From the NCBI GenBank assembly GCA_963676655.2, contig CAXXKX010000005.1:171955-235954 (forward strand): a stretch of DNA of 64,000 nucleotides, read 5' to 3'. The position numbers and the translations under genes were made by a program. Each line of letters opens with the position of its first letter. The first letter of the stretch is position 1. The notes beneath the pieces were generated by a model that ran no database searches, was not told the origin of the DNA, and saw only the letters and a list, made by a program, of their open reading frames with translations. Of the stretch, positions 49,072 to 54,695 are shown piece after piece. The stretch is from Victivallales bacterium. GTDB taxonomy: Bacteria > Verrucomicrobiota > Lentisphaeria > Victivallales > Victivallaceae.

Positions 49072-49362
49072 TTAAAACCCGTCCATTATGTTCAGTCTTT
49101 GCAAATGCCGGTGAACCGTTGACTTGCTGCAATCAAGTATTCGCGCGATCTGTTCGTATGTGAGTTCCGGCTTCTCCAGTTTCAGGGATATTGTCCGCCA
49201 GCGCTTCGGATCGTTCGCGGCGAAGTCTCCGGCTGCTTTGAGCTGGTGAAAATCGAAATATCCATCGCCCGGGATATTCAGCTGATCCGGCTCGATCACC
49301 TGGTCCGGCGTCTGGTTGTCAATTGCTATCTCCTCGATGTAGTTAATGTGTTTCACAACCAT
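49072..49362 (-). CDS. Small HTH protein (C-terminal HTH; possible Mor/C-like activator)
   Basis: 96 aa from MVVKHINYIEE. C-terminal HTH TYEQIARILDCSKSTVHRHLQRL. The longer track ORF (to 49503) has an implausible R/D/H-rich N-terminus. Confidence 0.5.
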   Translation of the reverse strand: MVVKHINYIEEIAIDNQTPDQVIEPDQLNIPGDGYFDFHQLKAAGDFAANDPKRWRTISLKLEKPELTYEQIARILDCSKSTVHRHLQRLNIMDGF

Positions 49363-49529
49363 ACCCCCTTGACGATGATCCCGGCACCGATCCCGGCCAG
49401 GAAAACAAAGAACCAGCTGATCAGCAACAGCGCCGTCTCGCTCCAGATGATCCGGTTCATATTGGTGGCGATTTTCGCGCGCTTCCTGCGTCGTTCCCGC
49501 CAAAACTTTACCGCCTCAAAATCAATCAT
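49353..49529 (-). CDS. 58-aa single-TM protein (not in ORF track)
   Basis: MIDFEAVKFWRERRRKRAKIATNMNRIIWSETALLLISWFFVFLAGIGAGIIVKGVWL. GGAG lies 6 nt upstream. Preceded by leader half-element 49546-49573. Confidence 0.5.
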   Translation of the reverse strand: MIDFEAVKFWRERRRKRAKIATNMNRIIWSETALLLISWFFVFLAGIGAGIIVKGVWL

Positions 49530-49545
49530 TGTTGTCTCCTTGATT

Positions 49546-49573
49546 AGCCACGAATTTCACGAATGGCACGAAT
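49546..49573 (-). repeat. Leader element, 3'-arm-only copy D
   Basis: Plus strand: agCCACGAATttCACGAATggCACGAAT (sense strand ATTCGTG x3 then GGCT). 16 nt to ATG 49529. Confidence 0.8.
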
Positions 49574-49580
49574 TTTTTAC

Positions 49581-49609
49581 CCTGGGAGCGCGTGGCTCCA
49601 GCCGCGCAT
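49581..49609 (+). repeat. GC hairpin element type c
   Basis: CCTGGGAGCGCGTGGCTCCAGCCGCGCAT. Reverse complement of 54220-54248. Confidence 0.75.
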
Positions 49610-49624
49610 GAAGGCGCCTTCAAG

Positions 49625-50227
49625 TTATTCATCACCGGCCCCCTTTCCGGCTCGCCGCGCTTCATTATTCCGGCGTAGTTCGTCTTTCCACGATTTGTCA
49701 GGGTCCTGCCAGCCAAGTTTTTCGGCAAATAACAGACGAAACGGTTTACCGGCTTTACCGTTAGCGGCAAAGCTTACGGTTCCGGAGCTCGAGTCTAAAG
49801 CTTCAGCCAAAGCTTGTTGATTAATGCCAAGTTCAGCGTAAATTTTCTTAATGGAATCTTCCACGTTTAAGCCGGTTAAATCAACCTTGTTTTTGATCTC
49901 TTCGGCAGTGAGCCTGATGCCCTTTTCCGGGCCAAATTTTTCTCGCTTCTTCGGAGGCTTTCCCGGCGCCCCTTTTTTGGTTTCGCCGTTCGGAGTCCGG
50001 CTCCCACTTTTGGGGCTTTCCCCTGGGAGCGCGGACGTCTCGTCCGCATTCGCCGGTCGGAGCCCGGCTCCCACGGTTTCATTGTCTTTACTTCCTCCTT
50101 GGATATTGCCTCTTTGTTCCAGCGTTCCGCTGGCCTCTCCGCTTTGCTCCGTCCGTGTTGGATATTGGATATTCAATCCGAAGATTTGCCTCAACTCTTC
50201 CATCGACCCTTCAAATTTGAATCTCAT
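49625..50227 (-). CDS. Early protein with C-terminal HTH and a repeat-derived linker
   Basis: 200 aa. HTH-like IYAELGINQQALAEALDSSSGTVS. Residues VGAGLRPANADETSALPGESPKSGSRTPNGE are encoded by the 93-bp composite repeat 49982-50074. Confidence 0.55.
   Translation of the reverse strand: MRFKFEGSMEELRQIFGLNIQYPTRTEQSGEASGTLEQRGNIQGGSKDNETVGAGLRPANADETSALPGESPKSGSRTPNGETKKGAPGKPPKKREKFGPEKGIRLTAEEIKNKVDLTGLNVEDSIKKIYAELGINQQALAEALDSSSGTVSFAANGKAGKPFRLLFAEKLGWQDPDKSWKDELRRNNEARRAGKGAGDE
49982..50074 (+). repeat. GC hairpin composite a-b-a (93 bp) inside ORF 49625..50227
   Basis: TTCGCCGTTCGGAGTCCGGCTCCCAC ... CCCCTGGGAGCGCGGACGTCTCGTCCGC a TTCGCCGGTCGGAGCCCGGCTCCCAC. Confidence 0.8.
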
Positions 50228-50367
50228 GCTGCTTTACCTCCTGAGTTTGGTTTGTAATATCTCCGGTCCTTAAATTCCTGCTGCTTGCCGCGATTCCAAT
50301 TTGCCACCGGCCGGAAGTACCCGCAGACGCGACTGTATACTTCTGTTTTCGCTCCGCATTTATTCAT
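50224..50367 (-). CDS. 47-aa NrdD C-terminal (glycyl-radical domain)-like mini-protein
   Basis: MNKCGAKTEVYSRVCGYFRPVANWNRGKQQEFKDRRYYKPNSGGKAA. ATGA overlaps at both ends and GGAGG 7 nt upstream. The RVCGY...WN.GK..E..DR pattern is as in class III RNR C-termini. Below the track cutoff. Confidence 0.6.
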   Translation of the reverse strand: MNKCGAKTEVYSRVCGYFRPVANWNRGKQQEFKDRRYYKPNSGGKAA

Positions 50368-50696
50368 TGATTACCTCCATTTTCCTGCCACGAATCGCAC
50401 GAATTGCACGAATCATTTTTTGAAAGTTTTTTTAAGTTTTTATACAGCTCGTCAAAGTCCTTGCCGGACGCGACGACCATGCCGCTCTCTTTCACTTTTA
50501 CCCCGTCCGGCCCCATGACCAGCGCGACCGTAACCTTGCCATCGACGGCGGCCTCAAGCAGCGCATTGACGATCGCGCCGATCCAGGCCAACTCGGTCAT
50601 CTCATCTTGCTCTATCTGCTCCAGCCATAAATTATTGATTCTGTCTACTTCCGCCTGGTCCATTTCTATTCCCTTTTCGTGGTTAAGTTTGTACAT
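50364..50696 (-). CDS. Hypothetical early protein
   Basis: 110 aa. The last ~17 aa (NDSCNSCDSWQENGGNQ) are encoded by leader half-element 50386-50413. Confidence 0.5.
   Translation of the reverse strand: MYKLNHEKGIEMDQAEVDRINNLWLEQIEQDEMTELAWIGAIVNALLEAAVDGKVTVALVMGPDGVKVKESGMVVASGKDFDELYKNLKKLSKNDSCNSCDSWQENGGNQ
50386..50413 (-). repeat. Leader element, 3'-arm-only copy E
   Basis: Plus strand: tgCCACGAATcgCACGAATtgCACGAAT. 18 nt to ATG 50367 of the NrdD-like mini-ORF. Confidence 0.8.
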
Positions 50697-50728
50697 AACT
50701 CATAACTCATAACTCATAACTCATAACC
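50694..50728. repeat. Heptamer tandem array (CATAACT x5)
   Basis: The first unit contains the ATG (minus strand) of 50364..50696. The array fills the whole intergenic gap. Confidence 0.85.
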
Positions 50729-50730
50729 GG

Positions 50731-51111
50731 CTAGAACCCTAGCCGCCCGTCCCCGTTTCCCAGGTCCAGTTCCCTGACCCTGGGAGCGCGACGCTCCAGC
50801 GCCGCTTCTTTATTGCCGCAGTGGCCTGCGGCGCTCCCAGGGGCTCCCGTCGTACGGAGCCGGAGACGCTTTTCCAGTTCCAGCAAGCCGGACCAGGTAA
50901 TCATTACCCGGGCGTAATCCCCGGCCATCCCGTTGCGTTCCCAATGCGAAACCCGCAGCGTCATCCATTCATGAATAAATGCCGCCGGACGCGGTTTCCC
51001 GCCCTCCAGCAACCCGACTTCCCGGCACTGCTTAAATATCCGCTTCGGGCCGGAATCTATCCCGTGCCGTTGCAGCATCTTTGAAGCAAATTGCAGAGTC
51101 ATCGTATTCAT
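50731..51111 (-). CDS. Hypothetical early protein (weak KilA-C/antirepressor-like N-part; repeat-derived tail)
   Basis: 126 aa. The C-terminal ~40 aa are translated from GC-hairpin repeats 50779-50861. Confidence 0.45.
   Translation of the reverse strand: MNTMTLQFASKMLQRHGIDSGPKRIFKQCREVGLLEGGKPRPAAFIHEWMTLRVSHWERNGMAGDYARVMITWSGLLELEKRLRLRTTGAPGSAAGHCGNKEAALERRAPRVRELDLGNGDGRLGF
50779..50844 (+). repeat. GC hairpin elements types e + d
   Basis: CCTGGGAGCGCGACGCTCCAGCGCCGC ... TTGCCGCAGTGGCCTGCGGCGCTCCCAGGGG. Confidence 0.75.
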
Positions 51112-51200
51112 AATTCAAATCCTCTTTCAGCCACGAATTGCACTAATCTCACTAATTAAAAAACTATTCGTGTCATTCGTGCGATTCGTGGCTCCTTTCA
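51109..51200 (-). repeat. 92-bp direct repeat copy 1 (stop codon + leader hairpin + SD + ATG)
   Basis: Identical, except 1 nt, to 51450-51541. Confidence 0.9.
51129..51193 (-). repeat. Leader element, full hairpin copy B
   Basis: agCCACGAATtgCACTAATctCACTAAT-taaaaaact-ATTCGTGtcATTCGTGcgATTCGTGGCT. 17 nt to ATG 51111. Confidence 0.85.
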
Positions 51201-51452
51201 AAATGTTATACTTTCGTTGAAATGGCATTCGATGCAGAAGTAGTTCGCTACTTCCGCGCCCATGCCGCACTCATCGTAATCGTCGCTGGCGAAGACCATC
51301 GGCTCGCCGCATTCCGGACAGACCGGAGTACAGCACAGAGTGTCGTTTTCGCATTCCTCGCAATGGAGCGTCTTGTGCAGGTCGCTCTTATCGCAGTGCT
51401 TGCACTCCTCGTACCGCGATAAATACTCTTCCCAACTGATTAATCTGTCCAT
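51198..51452 (-). CDS. Cys-rich zinc-ribbon small protein
   Basis: 84 aa. CKHC...CEEC...CPEC...CIEC pairs. Confidence 0.6.
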   Translation of the reverse strand: MDRLISWEEYLSRYEECKHCDKSDLHKTLHCEECENDTLCCTPVCPECGEPMVFASDDYDECGMGAEVANYFCIECHFNESITF

Positions 51453-51541
51453 AATTCTAATCCTCTTTCAGCCACGAATTGCACTAATCTCACTAATTAA
51501 AAAACTATTCGTGTCATTCGTGCGATTCGTGGCTCCTTTCA
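51450..51541 (-). repeat. 92-bp direct repeat copy 2
   Basis: Identical, except 1 nt, to 51109-51200. Confidence 0.9.
51470..51534 (-). repeat. Leader element, full hairpin copy C (identical to B)
   Basis: Same 65 bp as copy B. 17 nt to ATG 51452. Confidence 0.85.
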
Positions 51542-51583
51542 CTTTTCCTCCTGGCCGGTACGACCGGCCGCGATGTTATTTTT

Positions 51584-51611
51584 CTTACTGGCAACTGGTA
51601 ACTGGCAACTG
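51584..51611. repeat. Heptamer tandem array (NNAACTG x4)
   Basis: CTTACTG GCAACTG GTAACTG GCAACTG, directly after the Ner-like stop. Confidence 0.75.
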
Positions 51612-51614
51612 ATT

Positions 51615-51809
51615 TCAAATATCCAGCAATTCCACCGGCTCACAGCCGAGGATTGCCGCATAACGCTTCGCTACCCGGACCGTTTTAATCCCGCGACTCA
51701 TTTGCAGCGAGACGTTGGACGTTCCGACTTTCATTCTGGCCGCGATGTCGACCGGCCGAATCCCGGCCCGCTCGATCGCCTGGCATAATTTTGTTTTTCT
51801 TTCGCTCAT
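51615..51809 (-). CDS. Ner/Cro-like small HTH regulator, first gene of the leftward early operon
   Basis: 64 aa. IRPVDIAARMKVGTSNVSLQMSRG is the HTH. AGGAGG lies upstream. Divergent from 51939..52361. Confidence 0.6.
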   Translation of the reverse strand: MSERKTKLCQAIERAGIRPVDIAARMKVGTSNVSLQMSRGIKTVRVAKRYAAILGCEPVELLDI

Positions 51810-51938
51810 ATTACCTCCTGGATTATAGCGTTAGATATATAAAATATAACGATCATTATATTTTAAACCAAAAAAATTTACTTCCCTTTTCCCGGAGTTA
51901 TATTATGAATATCAACCAACCTGTTAAGGAGGCCAGAT
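51810..51938. promoter_or_regulatory. Divergent control region with a perfect operator-like palindrome
   Basis: AAAATATAA-cgatca-TTATATTTT at 51841-51864, between the divergent starts at 51809(-) and 51939(+). TATAAT lies just upstream of the minus-strand SD. Confidence 0.5.
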
Positions 51939-52361
51939 ATGTCTGAATGGAAACACGCCGCTGAACAGATCAAGGCGGCAATAAAGGAAAACCAAAAAGA
52001 CTCGGAGAAGCGTTTTAATTGGCTTAAAGAATATGCTCGCCGAGGAAATCCGTGTTCACATATTGCAGCCGGGCAAGCACTTGCTTCTGCTGTGATAGCC
52101 GCCTCGGTTCTTGGGGGCAAAGATGAAATCATTTTAAAACTCATTTACAACCCTCGCGAGGGACAAATTGGCCGTGAAGACTTCCGTTTTGACTTTGCAC
52201 GCCACGCTCTTTTGCTATTGCTGGACGGCTACGAAAAGGATAATTTGAGCGCGCTGAGCAGCCAGCTTGATGCCGCAAGCGGGGCCGTGCTGCTCTCAAT
52301 GCTCCTTGAGGCCTTGGCTTACGAATCCGGCCAATTAGCGGAAGATATTCAATCTCCTTAA
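51939..52361 (+). CDS. Hypothetical protein divergent from the early operon (positional repressor/immunity candidate)
   Basis: 140 aa. Strong SD AAGGAGG 6 nt upstream. Helical-looking, with no HTH recognised. Confidence 0.5.
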   Translation: MSEWKHAAEQIKAAIKENQKDSEKRFNWLKEYARRGNPCSHIAAGQALASAVIAASVLGGKDEIILKLIYNPREGQIGREDFRFDFARHALLLLLDGYEKDNLSALSSQLDAASGAVLLSMLLEALAYESGQLAEDIQSP

Positions 52362-52455
52362 TGGCGCGTTCAATAAATTTGGAAGACTTACCATAAGGCA
52401 AGGTGCTGTTTGCCTCAATTAAGAGACCAAGTATATTGTTGACCTGCTTTCTCAT
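52141..52455 (-). CDS. Possible small ORF convergent with and overlapping 51939..52361 (doubtful)
   Basis: Strong SD AGGAGAAAGAGG before ATG 52455. The first ~40 aa look plausible. The rest is R/P-rich and antisense to the plus-strand ORF. Confidence 0.2.
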   Translation of the reverse strand: MRKQVNNILGLLIEANSTLPYGKSSKFIERAIKEIEYLPLIGRIRKPRPQGALRAARPRLRHQAGCSARSNYPFRSRPAIAKERGVQSQNGSLHGQFVPREGCK

Positions 52456-52610
52456 AACCTCTTTCTCCTTTTTTTGATTAAAATAAAACTACGGCCTGGT
52501 ATTAAAATATAAGGTTCCCTATAGAAAGTCAAGCCTTTTTTTATAAAAAGTTGATTTTTTTTAAACTTGGTGTATCTTAATATTCACCTACACAAAATAA
52601 TGAGCGGGAT

Positions 52611-53003
52611 ATGGATCTTGTCAAAAAAACCGAAGAGGCTTTTCATAAAGCAGTACAACGCGCCGGCGGCAAGCTGGTAAGACTTCAGGAAAAAACCGGA
52701 GTAAGTTATCCCATTATTAATCGGCTAAACAGTGGTAGAAATAAGTTTAAAGACGTTTCCTTACAAACGGTTGAAAAGCTTTTTCCTGAACTTCAGGCAT
52801 ATTTTTTCCGGGATGAATATCCGAAGCCGGAACTTGCTGGCTTTGACCATTTAACAAGATCACAACAAAAACTTTTAAAAATGATTATCGAGCTGGATGA
52901 GGACGGGCAGCTTGATGCACTTGAGGCGCTTAGCCGGATTAGTGAGCGCCGCCGTCTGGTTGGAGAAGTGGAAGCTTCAAAACACCAGGACCTGGCAGGC
53001 TGA
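52611..53003 (+). CDS. XRE-like HTH regulator
   Basis: 130 aa. HTH LQEKTGVSYPIINRLNSGRNKF. Confidence 0.6.
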   Translation: MDLVKKTEEAFHKAVQRAGGKLVRLQEKTGVSYPIINRLNSGRNKFKDVSLQTVEKLFPELQAYFFRDEYPKPELAGFDHLTRSQQKLLKMIIELDEDGQLDALEALSRISERRRLVGEVEASKHQDLAG

Positions 53004-53049
53004 AGCGCTTGGCCTTCGGCTTGTCGGCCCCAACGCGCCCCGGCGTTTT

Positions 53050-53077
53050 CCTGGGAACGCGGACGTCTCGTCCGGCC
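53050..53077 (+). repeat. GC hairpin element type b
   Basis: CCTGGGAACGCGGACGTCTCGTCCGGCC. Confidence 0.7.
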
Positions 53078-53144
53078 TTAAGGCGTCCCGCCTTTCCCCG
53101 CTATCCCGCTACGAGAAACTCCGTCTCGACTTTTTCGACCGCCC

Positions 53145-53195
53145 TTGACAAATCCCCGGTGACGCTATAAAATAATACTGTCACAAACTTGTCAA
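53145..53195 (+). promoter_or_regulatory. Sigma70-like promoter embedded in nested inverted repeats
   Basis: TTGACA (53145-53150), 17-nt spacer, TAAAAT (53168-53173). Flanked by TTGACAA/TTGTCAA (53145/53189) and GTGAC/GTCAC (53159/53180). Confidence 0.5.
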
Positions 53196-53230
53196 TATAA
53201 AAACCAGGAGGACTGCCGGCCAGGGCCGGA

Positions 53231-53272
53231 ATTATGAGTTATGAATTATGAGGTATGAATTATGAGTTATGA
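53231..53272. repeat. Heptamer tandem array (RTTATGA x6), inverted relative to 50694-50728
   Basis: ATTATGA GTTATGA ATTATGA GGTATGA ATTATGA GTTATGA, just upstream of the SD of 53293..54153. Confidence 0.85.
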
Positions 53273-53292
53273 ATTAAATCCAGGAGGAACCC

Positions 53293-54153
53293 ATGAAAAA
53301 AACCATCGTCTTATTCTCTCTCACATTCGTGTTATTCGTGCAATTAGTGGCTGGCTCCCCGGATTCTTCCAGTTACTCTTACTTGGGCAAGCCGATTACC
53401 GAAAAGCGCTTCAAGTTGTTTTACAAATATTTAAAAGACTTTTATTATGCTGATGTATCCGGAAAAGTTTATTGCCGAGAATATTATACGATATTAAAGA
53501 ATATGCCAACCAAGGCGAAAGCGGGAGATTTTGGCGAGGTAAGCGGCAAAGTATTCCAGGTTGTCGACGATAACCGGATTTTGCTGAATGTGTCATATTC
53601 GTACATAAAAAAGGTTAAGCGCTCTTTAGGCCCGAATGTTATCAATACGGCGCTTTCTTCTGATGAAATAGACATGCGGCCAGCGTCTAGAGAAGAAGAG
53701 GGCGTAGATAATTCCGCCCTGAGACGGAACAATGAAAATTATAGTTATGAGGAAAAGCTCATTAAGGCGCATTATTTGTCAAGCGTAATTCTGCCGGACG
53801 CGAAAAAGCTGATCAACGGACGCGATTTTTCCTGTGTGGCCGTTATGAAAGGAGTCTTTCATTATCAAACGACGCTCAACGCCAGCAATTCGATTCCCGA
53901 GTTTGAATTATTGCATCCGGTTACCGAAGCGGAATTTAAATCGTTTCTGGACAAAGGAAATCAGCTGTATTATTTTAAGAAAAAATACACTCCGGCCAAA
54001 TACAAAACCTGCCCTAAATGCAAAGGCGTCGGCGCGGTTCCGGTTAAGCCGCATAGTGTGAGCATGAAAAAATGTCCGGCCTGCAACGGCAAACGAAAGA
54101 TACAAACTCAATTTGCTAAGTTGGAATATTTGCGATTGCCTTTGAATAAATAA
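53293..54153 (+). CDS. Secreted protein with C-terminal DnaJ-type CxxCxGxG zinc finger; moron candidate
   Basis: 286 aa. Signal peptide MKKTIVLFSLTFVLFVQLVAGSP, with its hydrophobic core encoded by repeat copy 53325-53352. C-terminus CPKCKGVGAV...CPACNGKRKI. Confidence 0.65.
   Translation: MKKTIVLFSLTFVLFVQLVAGSPDSSSYSYLGKPITEKRFKLFYKYLKDFYYADVSGKVYCREYYTILKNMPTKAKAGDFGEVSGKVFQVVDDNRILLNVSYSYIKKVKRSLGPNVINTALSSDEIDMRPASREEEGVDNSALRRNNENYSYEEKLIKAHYLSSVILPDAKKLINGRDFSCVAVMKGVFHYQTTLNASNSIPEFELLHPVTEAEFKSFLDKGNQLYYFKKKYTPAKYKTCPKCKGVGAVPVKPHSVSMKKCPACNGKRKIQTQFAKLEYLRLPLNK
53325..53352 (+). repeat. Leader-element arm inside a CDS (copy J)
   Basis: ATTCGTGttATTCGTGcaATTAGTGGCT, translated as FVLFVQLVA (signal-peptide core of 53293..54153). 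Confidence 0.7.
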
Positions 54154-54180
54154 TTTACAAATTTACAAATTCTTAATTTA
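54152..54180. repeat. Octamer tandem array (AATTTACA-like x3.5)
   Basis: AATTTACA AATTTACA AATTCTTA ATTTA. The inverted partner is at 54669-54695. Confidence 0.7.
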
Positions 54181-54187
54181 AAAAAAC

Positions 54188-54213
54188 GCCCCGGATTTTC
54201 GGGGCTTTTTTTT
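54188..54213 (+). terminator. Rho-independent terminator
   Basis: GCCCCG-gatttt-CGGGGC followed by TTTTTTTT. Confidence 0.8.
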
Positions 54214-54219
54214 GCCTTT

Positions 54220-54248
54220 ATGCGCGGCTGGAGCCACGCGCTCCCAAC
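54220..54248 (-). repeat. GC hairpin element type c
   Basis: ATGCGCGGCTGGAGCCACGCGCTCCCAAC. Confidence 0.75.
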
Positions 54249-54289
54249 TCATCCCTCATAACTCATCCCTCATAACTTATCTCATCCCC
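54246..54289. repeat. 14-bp tandem repeat (AACTCATCCCTCAT x~3)
   Basis: AACTCATCCCTCAT AACTCATCCCTCAT AACTTATCTCATCCCC. Confidence 0.75.
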
Positions 54290-54309
54290 TCCGTGGTTAA
54301 ATGCGCCTT

Positions 54310-54339
54310 TATGCCGCAGTGGCCTGCGGCGCTCCCAAC
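54310..54339 (-). repeat. GC hairpin element type d
   Basis: TATGCCGCAGTGGCCTGCGGCGCTCCCAAC (stem GCCGCAG/CTGCGGC). Confidence 0.75.
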
Positions 54340-54402
54340 TCCCCCTTTCATCCTTTGCAGCTATGCTGCATCTTTAATCCTTAAGCCTCCCCCGCTCCCA
54401 AT

Positions 54403-54430
54403 ATTCGTGTCATTCGTGCGATTAGTGGCT
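54403..54430 (+). repeat. Leader element, orphan 3'-arm copy G
   Basis: ATTCGTGtcATTCGTGcgATTAGTGGCT followed by AAAAAAACGGA. No ORF follows. Confidence 0.7.
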
Positions 54431-54586
54431 AAAAAAACGGAACGCATAAAATACTTGCCTTTAGCTATTTAACTTCTTTCAACACAAAAAAACAGAACGT
54501 GCGGCCCCTTATAAACGCGGGTTTATTTCAAAACTTGTTTTGAAATAACAAAGCTCCTGCGCCCGTCTTTTGCGGTCCGGGGGAAT

Positions 54587-54613
54587 GCGGACGAGACGTC
54601 CGCGCTCCCAGGG
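54587..54613 (-). repeat. GC hairpin element type b
   Basis: GCGGACGAGACGTCCGCGCTCCCAGGG (stem GCGGACG/CGTCCGC). Confidence 0.75.
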
Positions 54614-54668
54614 TGTCGGCAAGCGACGGGGCGGAGCGCGCCTTGGCCGCCGGTGGCGGCAATGGGTC

Positions 54669-54695
54669 AATTTGTAAATTTGAGAATTTGTAAAT
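54669..54695. repeat. Inverted partner of the AATTTACA array
   Basis: AATTTGTAAATTTGAGAATTTGTAAAT. Confidence 0.7.

Noticed and set aside
49072-49503. Full-length 143-aa version of the HTH ORF
   Set aside because: The N-terminal 47 aa are compositionally implausible and lack an SD. An alternative-frame 58-aa TM ORF with a good SD and a leader element explains the same DNA better.
51129-51193. Leader hairpins interpreted as ordinary rho-independent terminators
   Set aside because: The full copies inside the early operon have no U-run on either strand, and an SD/ATG follows them directly. The half copies cannot fold at all. Some copies (49546, 50386, 62465) do abut T-runs on the plus strand, so a terminator role for the antisense direction is not fully excluded.
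50694-53272. Serine-recombinase-driven inversion of the segment between the inverted heptamer arrays
   Set aside because: It is an attractive idea but unsupported. The arrays are simple 7-mer tandems rather than about 26-bp crossover sites with a central dinucleotide. Similar arrays occur elsewhere in both orientations. I kept it only as a remark to be tested with long reads.
48688-54430. Possible CRISPR array, considered because of many short regularly spaced repeats
   Set aside because: The units are 7-9 bp with 2-bp gaps or are directly abutting. There are no 25-40 bp unique spacers, the copies are dispersed between genes, and no cas genes are present.
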